This document shows positions 11,801 through 23,619 of a stretch of DNA of 64,000 nucleotides, piece by piece (position 1 is the first letter of the stretch; each line of letters opens with the position of its first letter). Source of the stretch: Escherichia coli (GTDB lineage Bacteria > Pseudomonadota > Gammaproteobacteria > Enterobacterales > Enterobacteriaceae). The translations under genes and the position numbers were made by a program. The notes below the pieces were generated by a model, which was given only the letters and a program-made list of their open reading frames with translations, was not told the DNA's origin and ran no database searches. The stretch lies in the NCBI RefSeq assembly GCF_016026235.1, contig NZ_CP065613.1; one strand, given 5' to 3'.

Positions 11801-13210
11801 TCACTCCATCCCTAACTCTTTTAACTTACGCGTCAGAGTGTTGCGGCCCCAGCCGAGTAGCCGCGCCGCTTCCTGTTTATGCCCCTGCGTATGTCGCAAC
11901 GCGGTCGTCAGTAACGTCCGCTCCAGCTCTGGCTGCGCTTCGGAAAGCAGATTTTGATGACCGGAACGTAGCGCCCGATCTGCCCACTGTGCTAACAGCG
12001 TTGCCCAACTGTCCGGTTGCATTTGCGAAGTACTCTCCGCAACCGTTGATTCAAACAGTTCACCGGGCAAATCCTGAATCAACACTTCCTGCCCGGCGGC
12101 CATCACTGTTAGCCAGCGACAGGTGTTTTCCAGCTGGCGTACGTTACCCGGCCACGCCAGACGCGTCAGAGCAGCTTCGGTTTCCGGATGCAGCAACTTC
12201 GCTTCTACGCCCAGTTCGCGCGCAGCAACCTGTAAAAAATGGCGTGCCAGGCGGGGAATATCTTCCCGACGCTCACGCAGTGGCGGCAGATGAACGCGGA
12301 TAACGTTCAGGCGGTGGAACAGATCCTCACGGAACTTACCTTCCTGCACCCGCTGTTCGAGATTCTGGTGAGTGGCAGCGATAATCCGCACATCCACTTT
12401 CACCGGCGCATAGCCGCCAACGCGGTAAAACTGACCGTCTGCCAGCACGCGCAGCAAACGCGTCTGCACATCCAGCGGCATATCGCCAATTTCATCGAGA
12501 AATAATGTACCGCCATCAGCCTGTTCAAAACGCCCCTGACGAATGGTATTCGCGCCGGTAAACGCGCCTTTCTCGTGACCAAACAGTTCTGATTCGATCA
12601 AATCTTTTGGGATAGCTGCCATATTCAGCGCGATAAACGGCGCTTTGGCTCGCGGACTGTGGCGATGCAGGGCATGAGCGACCAGTTCTTTACCGGTACC
12701 GGATTCGCCGTTAATCAGCACGCTAATAGAAGAACGCGAAAGCCGACCGATAATACGGAACACGTCCTGCATGGCTGGCGCTTCGCCGATGATATCGGTC
12801 GTTGGGCCGTTAAGCTGAACATTACGCGGCTGCTGCTGTTCCTGGTAATGACTGATGGCGCGCTCAACCAGCGCCACGGCTTCGTCGATATCAAACGGTT
12901 TGGGCAGATAATCGAACGCCCCTTGTTGATAGGCGCTGACGGCAGCATCCAGATCGGAATGTGCAGTCATAATGATGACCGGAAGCATCGGATGGCGCTG
13001 TTTAATCTGCTTGAGCAGCGCCAGCCCGTCCATTCCCGGCATACGGATATCTGAAAGCAGCACATCCGGCGTTTTGCTCGCCAGCGCCTCCAGTACCTCC
13101 GCGCCGTTCTCAAATGTCGTACAGGTTAAACCCGCTCCAGCGAGCGCACGTTCAAGCACCCAACGGATGGAACTATCGTCATCGACTACCCAGACTATCC
13201 CTCGTTGCAT
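11801..13210 (-). CDS. glnG: nitrogen regulation response regulator NtrC (sigma54 activator)
   Basis: ORF 11801..13270; start taken at [12 protein letters not shown]; receiver domain, AAA+ sigma54-interaction motifs ([14 protein letters not shown]), C-terminal HTH. Confidence 0.95.
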   Translation of the reverse strand: MQRGIVWVVDDDSSIRWVLERALAGAGLTCTTFENGAEVLEALASKTPDVLLSDIRMPGMDGLALLKQIKQRHPMLPVIIMTAHSDLDAAVSAYQQGAFDYLPKPFDIDEAVALVERAISHYQEQQQPRNVQLNGPTTDIIGEAPAMQDVFRIIGRLSRSSISVLINGESGTGKELVAHALHRHSPRAKAPFIALNMAAIPKDLIESELFGHEKGAFTGANTIRQGRFEQADGGTLFLDEIGDMPLDVQTRLLRVLADGQFYRVGGYAPVKVDVRIIAATHQNLEQRVQEGKFREDLFHRLNVIRVHLPPLRERREDIPRLARHFLQVAARELGVEAKLLHPETEAALTRLAWPGNVRQLENTCRWLTVMAAGQEVLIQDLPGELFESTVAESTSQMQPDSWATLLAQWADRALRSGHQNLLSEAQPELERTLLTTALRHTQGHKQEAARLLGWGRNTLTRKLKELGME

Positions 13211-13221
13211 AAACGTCACCT

Positions 13222-14271
13222 TTATTTCCTGATAGGCAGGTAAACCGAGAACTCGGTATGCCCTGGCCAACTGGTAAATTCAATTTTGCCTGAATGCTGA
13301 TCAATCAAATTACGAGCGATGGATAAGCCAAGCCCGGTGCCACCTTCGCGGCCGCTGACCATCGGGTAAAACAGCGTATCCTGCAAATGAGGCGGAATGC
13401 CTGGCCCGTTATCTTCCACATCAATCCGCGCCGCCAGCCGGTAGCGCTCGCCGTGTAAGGTCAGTTGAAACGCGGTGCGGGTACGCAGAATGATTTCACC
13501 ACCCTCCGGCCCCAGCGCCTGTAGCGCATTGCGCACAATATTCAGCAAGACCTGTTCAATTTGATCCGGGTCGTGCGCCAGTTCCGGCAGGCTGGGATCG
13601 TAATCACGAATCAACCGCACGTTGTCCGGCAGTTCCATCGACACCAGCGTTACCACGCGTTCAGCTACTTTGTGAATACTTTCGGTCACGCGCGTACCGG
13701 GCAGCTGCGGCCCCAACAGACGGTCGACCAGATTTCGCAGCCGGTCCGCCTGTTCGATAATCACTTTGGTATATTCCAGTAGTGACGGGTCAGGTAATGC
13801 TTTGCTGAGTAGCTGCGCCGCGCCACGTAAACCGCCAAGCGGATTTTTAATCTCATGTGCCAGGCCGCGCACTAAATCACGGGCAGCAACTTGTTGAGCA
13901 TGTTGTAGCTGTTCCTGGCTTAAGCGGCGCTGGTTATCCATCGGCGCCATCTCCAGCAGGATCATGCCGTCCGGCATACGCTGGGCCGTCACAGAAAGGA
14001 TATGCGAGCGCCCGTCGATGACCAGCGTCACTTCGTTATCGGTAAAACCTTGCCCCGCCTCCAGACTTTCTTGCATCAGCTCGATATTTAATGAGAAGTA
14101 GCTCAACAGTTCCGGTAACGGTGTACCAAACAATTTGCGGGAGCTTTGGGCTAACAGTTGTTGCGCGGCGGGGTTGGCGTAATGGATCGCCAGGTTGTCA
14201 TCGATTAACAAAATACTGTTAATCAGCGAGTTGAGGATCTGCCCAGCATCGGGCTGCGTGCCTGTTGCCAT
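13222..14271 (-). CDS. glnL: nitrogen regulation sensor histidine kinase NtrB
   Basis: 349-aa ORF, H-box (LAHEIKNPL) and ATPase G-boxes. Confidence 0.95.
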
Positions 14272-14444
14272 AAAGCAGTCTCCTGAACAGGTTGCACCAT
14301 TTTAGTGCATTATAGCTTTTTACGGATAAAAAGCGCGAAGCATCAGAGAATTGACGGAGAAAAAAGCCCATGCAGAGATGGGCTGAAAGTTTCCACGGCA
14401 ACTAAATCCCGGCGTTGTTGCGCCGGGTAGTACAACTTCAACTA

Positions 14445-15854
14445 TTAGACGCTGTAGTACAGCTCAAACTCTACCGGATGCGGAGTCATACGCACGCGGT
14501 CATCTTCTTCGCGACGCAGAGCGATGTACGCATCGATCGCTTCATCCGTGAACACGCCACCGGCTTTCAGGAACTCGCGGTCCAGATCCAGCTCGTTCAG
14601 TGCTTCTTCCAGAGAGCCTGCAACTTGTGGGATCTCTTTCGCTTCTTCTGGCGGCAGGTCATACAGGTTTTTGTCCATGGCTTCGCCCGGATGGATCTTG
14701 TTCTTGATACCATCAAGACCGGCCATCAGCAGGGCAGCAAAGCACAGGTACGGGTTCGCCGCCGGATCCGGGAAACGTACTTCGATACGACGTGCTTTCG
14801 GAGAAGAAACCACCGGAATACGGATAGACGCAGAACGGTTGCGTGCAGAGTAAGCCAGCATTACCGGTGCTTCGTAGCCCGGGACCAGACGCTTATAAGA
14901 GTTGGTGGTCGGGTTTGCCAGGGCGTTAATCGCTTTAGCGTGTTTGATTACGCCGCCAATGTAGTACAGCGCCTGCTCAGACAGACCTGCGTATTTGTCG
15001 CCCGCGAACAGGTTAACGCCGTTTTTAGACAGCGACATGTGGCAGTGCATACCGGAGCCGTTATCACCGAACATCGGTTTTGGCATAAAGGTCGCAGTTT
15101 TACCGAAGCGGTGCGCTACGTTGTGCACAACATATTTGTAGATCTGAATTTCGTCAGCTTTTTTGGTCATGGTATTGAAGCGGGTAGCCACTTCGTTCTG
15201 ACCAGCAGTCGCTACTTCGTGGTGATGGGCTTCAACCACCAGACCCATCTGTTCCATCACCAGACACATTTCAGAACGAATATCCTGAGCCGAGTCTACC
15301 GGTGGAACCGGGAAGTAACCGCCTTTCACTGCCGGACGGTGACCTTTGTTACCACCTTCATATTGGGTGGAGGAGTTCCATGCGCCTTCGATATCGTCGA
15401 TAGCAACGTGGGAACCGGAGATAGATGATCCGAAACGGATGTCATCGAACAGGAAGAATTCAGGTTCTGGCCCGAACAGTACGGTGTCGGCAATGCCAGT
15501 GGAACGCAGGTAATCTTCGGCGCGCTTCGCAATAGAGCGCGGGTCACGGTCATAGCCTTGCAGGGTGCCAGGTTCAAGGATGTCGCAACGGATAATCAGG
15601 GTGGAGTCGGCGAAGAACGGGTCAATCACTGCGGTGGATGCGTCTGGCATCAGCACCATGTCGGATTCGTTAATGCCTTTCCAGCCGCCAATCGAGGAGC
15701 CGTCAAACATTTTGCCTTCTTCGAAGAATTCAGCATTCACCTGATGAGCAGGGATAGTGACGTGCTGTTCTTTACCTTTGGTATCGGTGAAGCGCAAATC
15801 AACAAACTTCACTTCGTGCTCGTTCAGCATCGTCAGTACGTGTTCAGCGGACAT
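14445..15854 (-). CDS. glnA: glutamine synthetase
   Basis: 469-aa ORF beginning [24 protein letters not shown]; adenylylation-site region; conserved operon glnALG. Confidence 0.98.
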
Positions 15855-15936
15855 ACTTTAACTCTCCTGGATTGGTCATGGTCGTCGTGGTAACGAAATC
15901 TGCAATTATTTTGGCCGTGTCGCCGTAAAAAAGATA

Positions 15937-15954
15937 AAGCGAAATCTGTGCCAA
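15937..15954 (-). promoter_or_regulatory. sigma54-dependent promoter glnAp2 (-24/-12 element)
   Basis: reverse complement reads TTGGCACAGATTTCGCTT (GG-N10-GC spacing) about 85 bp upstream of glnA start. Confidence 0.8.
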
Positions 15955-16006
15955 CTTTTAAATTGCCCCTAAAAGGCGTTATCATGCTTAACATCGTGCA
16001 AAAGGG

Positions 16007-16076
16007 CTGCACCATGATGTGAATGTTGCACCAATATAGTGCTTCAATGGAAACATTAAGCACCATATTGGTGCAA
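16007..16076. promoter_or_regulatory. NtrC enhancer binding sites upstream of glnA
   Basis: dyad motifs TGCACCA-N-TGGTGCA family: gctgcaccatgatgtg, tgcaccaatatagtgc, gcaccatattggtgca. Confidence 0.7.
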
Positions 16077-16226
16077 TGACCTTTGGATAACCCTTTTTAT
16101 GCTCCGTGAAAGCGATCACAAAGGGACTCTGCAATACTTGTTTGCGGAGGATGTTTGTGATCCTGTTTTGTAGTGCGATTAATCCGTGTACAATAACGCG
16201 CTATTTCTAATGCCTGAGGCAAAGTT

Positions 16227-18050
16227 GTGATCGAAAAATTGCGTAATATCGCCATCATCGCGCACGTAGACCATGGTAAAACCACCCTGGTAGACAAGCT
16301 GCTCCAACAATCCGGTACGTTCGACTCTCGTGCCGAAACCCAAGAGCGCGTGATGGACTCCAACGATTTGGAGAAAGAGCGTGGGATTACCATCCTCGCG
16401 AAAAACACCGCTATCAAATGGAATGATTACCGTATCAACATCGTTGATACCCCGGGGCACGCCGACTTCGGTGGTGAAGTTGAACGTGTAATGTCCATGG
16501 TAGACTCAGTGCTGCTGGTGGTTGACGCATTTGACGGCCCGATGCCGCAAACGCGCTTCGTAACCAAAAAAGCGTTTGCTTACGGCCTGAAGCCGATTGT
16601 TGTTATCAACAAAGTTGACCGCCCTGGCGCGCGTCCTGATTGGGTTGTGGATCAGGTATTCGACCTGTTCGTTAACCTCGACGCGACCGACGAGCAGCTG
16701 GACTTCCCGATCGTTTACGCTTCTGCGCTGAACGGTATCGCGGGTCTGGACCACGAAGATATGGCGGAAGACATGACCCCGCTGTATCAGGCGATTGTTG
16801 ACCACGTTCCTGCGCCGGACGTTGACCTTGACGGTCCGTTCCAGATGCAGATTTCTCAGCTCGATTACAACAGCTATGTTGGCGTTATCGGCATTGGCCG
16901 CATCAAGCGCGGTAAAGTGAAGCCGAACCAGCAGGTTACTATCATCGATAGCGAAGGCAAAACCCGCAACGCGAAAGTCGGTAAAGTGCTGGGCCACCTC
17001 GGTCTGGAACGTATCGAAACCGATCTGGCGGAAGCTGGCGATATCGTGGCGATCACGGGTCTTGGCGAACTGAACATTTCTGACACCGTTTGCGACACGC
17101 AAAACGTTGAAGCGCTGCCGGCACTCTCCGTTGATGAGCCGACCGTTTCTATGTTCTTCTGCGTTAACACCTCGCCGTTCTGCGGTAAAGAAGGTAAGTT
17201 CGTAACGTCTCGTCAGATCCTGGATCGTCTGAACAAAGAACTGGTACACAACGTTGCGCTGCGCGTAGAAGAAACCGAAGACGCCGATGCGTTCCGCGTT
17301 TCTGGTCGTGGCGAACTGCACCTGTCTGTTCTGATCGAAAACATGCGTCGTGAAGGTTTCGAACTGGCGGTATCCCGTCCGAAAGTTATCTTCCGTGAAA
17401 TCGACGGTCGTAAACAAGAGCCGTATGAAAACGTGACTCTGGACGTTGAAGAACAGCATCAGGGTTCTGTAATGCAGGCGCTGGGCGAACGTAAAGGCGA
17501 CCTGAAAAACATGAATCCAGACGGTAAAGGCCGCGTACGTCTCGACTACGTGATCCCAAGCCGTGGTCTGATTGGCTTCCGTTCTGAGTTCATGACCATG
17601 ACTTCCGGTACTGGTCTGCTGTACTCCACCTTCAGCCACTACGACGACGTACGTCCGGGCGAAGTGGGTCAGCGTCAGAACGGTGTACTGATCTCTAACG
17701 GTCAGGGTAAAGCGGTCGCGTTCGCGCTGTTCGGTCTGCAGGATCGCGGTAAGCTGTTCCTCGGTCACGGTGCAGAAGTTTACGAAGGTCAGATTATCGG
17801 TATTCACAGCCGCTCTAACGACCTGACTGTAAACTGTCTGACCGGTAAGAAACTGACCAACATGCGTGCTTCCGGTACTGACGAAGCCGTTGTTCTGGTT
17901 CCGCCTATCCGCATGACTCTGGAACAAGCTCTGGAGTTCATCGATGATGACGAACTGGTAGAAGTAACTCCGACCTCTATCCGTATTCGTAAACGTCACC
18001 TGACGGAAAACGATCGTCGTCGCGCCAACCGCGCACCGAAAGACGATTAA
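16227..18050 (+). CDS. typA: translational GTPase TypA/BipA
   Basis: 607-aa ORF, GTG start; G-domain motifs ([21 protein letters not shown]) and EF-G-like domains. Confidence 0.97.
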   Translation: MIEKLRNIAIIAHVDHGKTTLVDKLLQQSGTFDSRAETQERVMDSNDLEKERGITILAKNTAIKWNDYRINIVDTPGHADFGGEVERVMSMVDSVLLVVDAFDGPMPQTRFVTKKAFAYGLKPIVVINKVDRPGARPDWVVDQVFDLFVNLDATDEQLDFPIVYASALNGIAGLDHEDMAEDMTPLYQAIVDHVPAPDVDLDGPFQMQISQLDYNSYVGVIGIGRIKRGKVKPNQQVTIIDSEGKTRNAKVGKVLGHLGLERIETDLAEAGDIVAITGLGELNISDTVCDTQNVEALPALSVDEPTVSMFFCVNTSPFCGKEGKFVTSRQILDRLNKELVHNVALRVEETEDADAFRVSGRGELHLSVLIENMRREGFELAVSRPKVIFREIDGRKQEPYENVTLDVEEQHQGSVMQALGERKGDLKNMNPDGKGRVRLDYVIPSRGLIGFRSEFMTMTSGTGLLYSTFSHYDDVRPGEVGQRQNGVLISNGQGKAVAFALFGLQDRGKLFLGHGAEVYEGQIIGIHSRSNDLTVNCLTGKKLTNMRASGTDEAVVLVPPIRMTLEQALEFIDDDELVEVTPTSIRIRKRHLTENDRRRANRAPKDD

Positions 18051-18076
18051 TTTCGTTTTTTAGTCATAAAAAACCT

Positions 18077-18088
18077 GCCAGCGATGGC
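18077..18088. repeat. left copy of 12-bp target-site duplication GCCAGCGATGGC flanking IS4
   Basis: identical 12-mer at 19515..19526 immediately outside the other IS4 end. Confidence 0.85.
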
Positions 18089-19514
18089 TAATGCCGATCA
18101 GTTAAGGATCAGTTGACCGATCCAGTGGCTGTGTAAGAATCCGGAAACGCTCACTTGTTTCCGGATTTTTTTATGCACATTGGACAGGCTCTTGATCTGG
18201 TATCCCGTTACGATTCTCTGCGTAACCCACTGACTTCTCTGGGGGATTACCTCGACCCCGAACTCATCTCTCGTTGCCTTGCCGAATCAGGTACTGTAAC
18301 GCTACGCAAGCGCCGTCTTCCCCTCGAAATGATGGTCTGGTGTATTGTTGGCATGGCGCTTGAGCGTAAAGAACCTCTTCACCAGATTGTGAATCGCCTG
18401 GACATCATGCTGCCGGGCAATCGCCCCTTCGTTGCCCCCAGTGCCGTTATTCAGGCCCGCCAGCGCCTGGGAAGTGAGGCTGTCCGCCGCGTGTTCACGA
18501 AAACAGTGCAGCTCTGGCATAACGCCACGCCGCATCCGCACTGGTGCGGCCTGACCCTGCTGGCCATCGATGGTGTGTTCTGGCGCACACCGGATACACC
18601 AGAGAACGATGCAGCCTTCCCCCGCCAGACACATGCCGGGAACCCGGCGCTCTACCCGCAGGTCAAAATGGTCTGCCAGATGGAACTGACCAGCCATCTG
18701 CTGACGGCTGCAGCCTTCGGCACGATGAAGAACAGCGAAAATGAGCTTGCTGAGCAACTTATAGAACAAACCGGCGATAACACTCTGACGTTAATGGATA
18801 AAGGTTATTACTCACTGGGACTGTTAAATGCCTGGAGCCTGGCGGGAGAACACCGCCACTGGATGATACCTCTCAGAAAGGGAGCGCAATATGAAGAGCT
18901 CAGAAAACTGGGTAAAGGCGATCATCTGGTGAAGCTGAAAACCAGCCCGCAGGCACGAAAAAAGTGGCCGGGACTGGGAAATGAAGTGACAGCCCGCCTG
19001 CTGACCGTGACGCGCAAAGGAAAAGTCTGCCATCTGCTGACGTCGATGACGGACGCCATGCGCTTCCCCGGAGGAGAAATGGCGGATCTGTACAGTCATC
19101 GCTGGGAAATCGAACTGGGATACAGGGAGATAAAACAGACGATGCAACTGAGCAGGCTGACGCTGAGAAGTAAAAAGCCGGAGCTTGTGGAGCAAGAGCT
19201 GTGGGGTGTCTTACTGGCTTATAATCTGGTGAGATATCAGATGATTAAAATGGCGGAACATCTGAAAGGTTACTGGCCGAATCAACTGAGTTTCTCAGAA
19301 TCATGCGGAATGGTGATGAGAATGCTGATGACATTGCAGGGCGCTTCACCGGGACGTATACCGGAGCTGATGCGCGATTTTGCAAGTATGGGACAACTTG
19401 TGAAATTACCGACGAGAAGGGGAAGGGCCTTCCCGAGAGTGGTAAAGGAGAGGCCCTGGAAATACCCCACAGCCCCGAAAAAGAGCCAGTCAGTTGCTTA
19501 ACTGACTGGCATTA
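18089..19514 (+). mobile_element. insertion sequence IS4 (1426 bp) with 18-bp imperfect terminal inverted repeats
   Basis: terminal IRs TAATGCCGATCAGTTAAG (18089..18106) and CTTAACTGACTGGCATTA (19497..19514); single DDE transposase ORF; 12-bp direct repeats; length equals canonical IS4. Confidence 0.9.
18173..19501 (+). CDS. insG: IS4 transposase InsG
   Basis: ORF 18155..19501; start taken at [12 protein letters not shown]4-family DDE transposase. Confidence 0.85.
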   Translation: MHIGQALDLVSRYDSLRNPLTSLGDYLDPELISRCLAESGTVTLRKRRLPLEMMVWCIVGMALERKEPLHQIVNRLDIMLPGNRPFVAPSAVIQARQRLGSEAVRRVFTKTVQLWHNATPHPHWCGLTLLAIDGVFWRTPDTPENDAAFPRQTHAGNPALYPQVKMVCQMELTSHLLTAAAFGTMKNSENELAEQLIEQTGDNTLTLMDKGYYSLGLLNAWSLAGEHRHWMIPLRKGAQYEELRKLGKGDHLVKLKTSPQARKKWPGLGNEVTARLLTVTRKGKVCHLLTSMTDAMRFPGGEMADLYSHRWEIELGYREIKQTMQLSRLTLRSKKPELVEQELWGVLLAYNLVRYQMIKMAEHLKGYWPNQLSFSESCGMVMRMLMTLQGASPGRIPELMRDFASMGQLVKLPTRRGRAFPRVVKERPWKYPTAPKKSQSVA

Positions 19515-19526
19515 GCCAGCGATGGC
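19515..19526. repeat. right copy of 12-bp target-site duplication GCCAGCGATGGC flanking IS4
   Basis: identical to 18077..18088; followed by GG and a T9 run that is the 3' half of the disrupted typA terminator. Confidence 0.85.
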
Positions 19527-19704
19527 AGGTTTTTTTTTGCCTGTCGTGAGCGCACACCAATGCGAGTATCTCCCTTATAAGTCTGTGGTTACGTCAATAG
19601 AGAGCTTTGTCACAATTATCTGCAAAGTCATACGCCGTTAATTGCTTTCTTTTTTGGCGTAAGCGTAAGATGCTTCATCTGGTTTAAACCAAAAGGATTA
19701 AACA

Positions 19705-20415
19705 ATGGCGGAGAATCAATCCACCGTAGAAAATGCAAAAGAGAAACTGGATCGGTGGTTGAAAGATGGCATCACCACACCGGGTGGAAAACTCCCTTCA
19801 GAAAGAGAGCTGGGAGAACTGCTGGGCATTAAACGTATGACGCTGCGCCAGGCGTTGTTGAACCTCGAGGCAGAATCCAAAATCTTCCGTAAGGATCGTA
19901 AAGGGTGGTTCGTGACCCAGCCGCGATTTAATTACAGTCCAGAGCTGTCGGCGAGCTTTCAGCGGGCTGCAATTGAGCAAGGGCGGGAACCTTCCTGGGG
20001 GTTTACCGAGAAAAGCCGTACCAGCGATATTCCCGAGACGCTCGCGCCACTGATTGCAGTGACACCATCAACTGAACTCTATCGCATCACCGGCTGGGGG
20101 GCGCTGGAAGGACATAAAGTTTTCTATCACGAAACATATATTAATCCTGAAGTTGCTCCGGGTTTTATTGAACAACTTGAAAACCACTCATTTTCTGCAG
20201 TCTGGGAAAAGTGCTACCAAAAAGAGACGGTAGTAAAAAAATTGATTTTCAAACCCGTCAGAATGCCGGGCGATATCAGCAAGTATCTTGGCGGTTCTGC
20301 GGGTATGCCAGCGATCTTAATTGAAAAGCATCGCGCCGACCAGCAAGGCAATATTGTCCAGATAGATATTGAATATTGGCGATTTGAGGCCGTAGACCTC
20401 ATCATTAATCTGTAG
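19705..20415 (+). CDS. yihL: GntR-family transcriptional regulator YihL (HTH plus UTRA domain)
   Basis: 236-aa ORF; synteny downstream of typA. Confidence 0.85.
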   Translation: MAENQSTVENAKEKLDRWLKDGITTPGGKLPSERELGELLGIKRMTLRQALLNLEAESKIFRKDRKGWFVTQPRFNYSPELSASFQRAAIEQGREPSWGFTEKSRTSDIPETLAPLIAVTPSTELYRITGWGALEGHKVFYHETYINPEVAPGFIEQLENHSFSAVWEKCYQKETVVKKLIFKPVRMPGDISKYLGGSAGMPAILIEKHRADQQGNIVQIDIEYWRFEAVDLIINL

Positions 20416-20422
20416 GTGTTTT

Positions 20423-21403
20423 ATGGTGACAATAAATAACGCAAGAAAGATTCTACAACGTGTCGACACTCTTCCTCTTTATTTACATGCTTATGCCTTT
20501 CATTTAAATATGCGGCTGGAAAGAGTGTTGCCTGCTGATTTACTTGATATCGCAAGTGAAAATAATCTACGTGGCGTCAAAATCCATGTTCTGGATGGCG
20601 AGCGTTTTTCTCTTGGTAATATGGACGATAAAGAACTCTCTGCCTTTGGAGATAAAGCCCGCCGTCTGAACCTTGATATTCATATTGAAACCAGCGCCTC
20701 AGATAAGGCATCTATTGACGAAGCCGTCGCCATCGCGTTGAAAACTGGGGCATCGTCCGTACGTTTTTATCCACGTTATGAAGGTAATTTGCGCGACGTA
20801 TTAACGATTATCGCTAACGACATTGCCTATGTACGGGAAACGTATCAGGACTGCGGCCTGACTTTTACGATTGAGCAGCATGAAGATTTAAAAAGTCATG
20901 AGCTGGTGTCGCTGGTCAAAGAAAGTGAGATGGAGTCTCTTTCCTTACTGTTTGATTTTGCGAACATGATCAATGCAAATGAGCATCCCATCGATGCCTT
21001 AAAAACGATGGCACCGCATATTACCCAGGTCCATATTAAAGATGCCTTGATCGTTAAAGAACAGGGTGGCCTGGGTCATAAAGCCTGTATTTCAGGTCAG
21101 GGTGATATGCCGTTCAAAGCGTTATTAACGCACCTTATCTGCCTTGGTGATGATGAGCCGCAGGTGACGGCATATGGCCTGGAAGAAGAGGTTGATTACT
21201 ATGCGCCGGCGTTCCGCTTTGAAGACGAAGATGATAATCCGTGGATCCCTTATCGCCAGATGAGTGAAACACCCCTACCAGAAAATCATTTACTGGATGC
21301 GCGGTTACGTAAAGAAAAAGAAGATGCAATTAATCAGATAAATCATGTGCGTAACGTACTACAACAAATCAAACAAGAGGCAAACCATCTTCTGAACCAC
21401 TAA
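20423..21403 (+). CDS. yihM: putative sugar-phosphate isomerase/epimerase YihM (TIM-barrel, xylose-isomerase-like)
   Basis: 326-aa ORF; synteny. Confidence 0.8.
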   Translation: MVTINNARKILQRVDTLPLYLHAYAFHLNMRLERVLPADLLDIASENNLRGVKIHVLDGERFSLGNMDDKELSAFGDKARRLNLDIHIETSASDKASIDEAVAIALKTGASSVRFYPRYEGNLRDVLTIIANDIAYVRETYQDCGLTFTIEQHEDLKSHELVSLVKESEMESLSLLFDFANMINANEHPIDALKTMAPHITQVHIKDALIVKEQGGLGHKACISGQGDMPFKALLTHLICLGDDEPQVTAYGLEEEVDYYAPAFRFEDEDDNPWIPYRQMSETPLPENHLLDARLRKEKEDAINQINHVRNVLQQIKQEANHLLNH

Positions 21404-21504
21404 TAAGTTTTAACTCATACGCAGTTAATAAAACCATTCCATATGAATGGTCGGTATCTTATTGCCTTTAAAACAGTGATTTTAAAAATCGCTTAGGGGA
21501 TGTT

Positions 21505-22770
21505 ATGCTCACGAAAAAGAAATGGGCGTTATTTAGTCTATTAACACTGTGTGGCGGTACAATTTATAAATTACCGTCGCTGAAAGATGCGTTTTATATC
21601 CCGATGCAGGAATATTTCCATTTGACCAATGGTCAAATTGGTAATGCCATGTCGGTAAACTCATTTGTCACCACAGTGGGCTTTTTTCTGTCTATTTATT
21701 TTGCCGATAAACTACCGCGCAGATACACCATGTCATTCTCACTCATTGCGACAGGATTACTGGGTGTTTATTTGACGACAATGCCGGGGTATTGGGGCAT
21801 CCTCTTTGTCTGGGCGCTATTTGGCGTTACTTGCGACATGATGAACTGGCCGGTCTTGCTCAAGTCGGTAAGTCGATTGGGCAATAGCGAACAACAAGGT
21901 CGGTTGTTTGGCTTCTTCGAAACAGGGCGTGGCATTGTCGATACCGTGGTGGCATTTTCTGCGTTGGCAGTATTTACCTGGTTTGGCAGTGGCTTATTGG
22001 GTTTTAAAGCAGGCATCTGGTTCTATTCCCTTATTGTGATTGCCGTAGGCATTATTATTTTCTTTGTCCTGAATGACAAAGAAGAGGCACCGTCCGTTGA
22101 GGTGAAAAAAGAAGACGGAGCATCGCAAAACACCAGTATGACCTCGGTGCTGAGAGACAAAACCATCTGGCTTATCGCTTTCAACGTCTTCTTCGTTTAC
22201 GCGGTTTACTGTGGCCTGACATTCTTCATTCCATTCCTGAAAAACATCTATCTATTGCCCGTTGCGCTGGTGGGGGCTTACGGCATCATTAACCAATACT
22301 GTCTGAAAATGATTGGTGGACCGATTGGTGGCATGATTTCAGATAATATCCTGAAATCGCCGAGTAAATATCTATGCTACACCTTTATCATCAGTACCGC
22401 TGCACTCGTACTGTTGATTATGCTGCCGCACGAAAGTATGCCGGTCTATTTAGGGATGGCATGTACGCTGGGCTTTGGCGCGATAGTCTTTACACAGCGA
22501 GCCGTATTTTTTGCACCTATCGGCGAAGCAAAAATTGCTGAAAATAAAACAGGCGCGGCGATGGCGTTGGGTAGCTTTATTGGTTACGCCCCGGCGATGT
22601 TCTGCTTCAGTCTGTATGGCTACATTCTGGATTTAAATCCGGGGATTATTGGCTACAAAATCGTGTTTGGCATTATGGCCTGCTTCGCATTCTGTGGTGC
22701 GGTGGTTTCCGTAATGCTGGTTAAGCGTATTAGCCAACGTAAGAAAGAGATGCTGGCGGCTGAAGCTTAA
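21505..22770 (+). CDS. yihN: MFS transporter YihN
   Basis: 421-aa polytopic membrane ORF; synteny. Confidence 0.85.
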   Translation: MLTKKKWALFSLLTLCGGTIYKLPSLKDAFYIPMQEYFHLTNGQIGNAMSVNSFVTTVGFFLSIYFADKLPRRYTMSFSLIATGLLGVYLTTMPGYWGILFVWALFGVTCDMMNWPVLLKSVSRLGNSEQQGRLFGFFETGRGIVDTVVAFSALAVFTWFGSGLLGFKAGIWFYSLIVIAVGIIIFFVLNDKEEAPSVEVKKEDGASQNTSMTSVLRDKTIWLIAFNVFFVYAVYCGLTFFIPFLKNIYLLPVALVGAYGIINQYCLKMIGGPIGGMISDNILKSPSKYLCYTFIISTAALVLLIMLPHESMPVYLGMACTLGFGAIVFTQRAVFFAPIGEAKIAENKTGAAMALGSFIGYAPAMFCFSLYGYILDLNPGIIGYKIVFGIMACFAFCGAVVSVMLVKRISQRKKEMLAAEA

Positions 22771-22775
22771 TTAAT

Positions 22776-22852
<77 letters not shown>

Positions 22853-22860
22853 GTTTCACA

Positions 22861-23553
22861 TCAGAAGAAATACTTCGTCCCGATACGAATCTGGTTTTGC
22901 TCGCGGTGGTACGGTTCCACGTTGCGATCTAACCAGCGCAATTCAATATAGGGCAGCCAGTGCTCGTTAATGCGGTAACGGAAGGTGTTAGTGATTTCCC
23001 AGTGATGCTTCGTGCCATTGCCGCTATTGAAATCATTAATGTTATAAAAATAATGCGGCTCAAAGGTATATGAGAACTTATCGGTAATAATAAAGTTCCA
23101 GTAGTTGCCAATCTCGTAGCTGTCATTATTATCCAGATCACCGTTTAAATCGGTTGAGCTGTAGTTATTATGGTTAAAACGGTTGCGTACTGTCAGGTTA
23201 AACCACGGAGTAAATTTGTAGTTAACATCCAGATAAACAGCACCACCCGAACCGATACTCTTATCATTAATTAAGCCACCGGGCTGGATGGTTAATTTAT
23301 CGGTTGGTTTAAATAACGGATACCAGCCTTCAATTTCGTTATATCCATGTTTAAGTTCATCTTCTCGCTGAAAGGTGTAGGTATTGGTTAACATAATACC
23401 CGCGCCCATATCGAAGTTATAACCCACACGTAGCATAACCTCGCCCTGATCGGAGGCGAGATTATATGCCTCCCTGTTTTCGACGTATGCGCCAGCGAAT
23501 ACTGAGGCAGAGGTCAGAGAAGATAATAAAATTATTGCATTAATATTTTTCAT
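22861..23553 (-). CDS. ompL: outer membrane porin OmpL
   Basis: ORF 22861..23619; start taken at MKNINAIILLSS signal peptide; beta-barrel with C-terminal KYFF. Confidence 0.85.
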   Translation of the reverse strand: MKNINAIILLSSLTSASVFAGAYVENREAYNLASDQGEVMLRVGYNFDMGAGIMLTNTYTFQREDELKHGYNEIEGWYPLFKPTDKLTIQPGGLINDKSIGSGGAVYLDVNYKFTPWFNLTVRNRFNHNNYSSTDLNGDLDNNDSYEIGNYWNFIITDKFSYTFEPHYFYNINDFNSGNGTKHHWEITNTFRYRINEHWLPYIELRWLDRNVEPYHREQNQIRIGTKYFF

Positions 23554-23619
23554 AATAAGTCCATTTTTAAACGTAGGGAGGCCGCCACCCACCAGGATGG
23601 AAATAGCGGCTATTGACAT

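Noticed and set aside
14415-15428. 337-aa plus-strand ORF overlapping glnA
   Set aside because: Lies antisense within the strongly supported glnA coding region; Arg/Val/His-rich translation typical of a shadow ORF on the opposite strand of a GC-rich gene
16506-17999. 497-aa minus-strand ORF overlapping typA
   Set aside because: Antisense to typA, whose GTPase motifs are unambiguous; low-complexity translation; no RBS or start context
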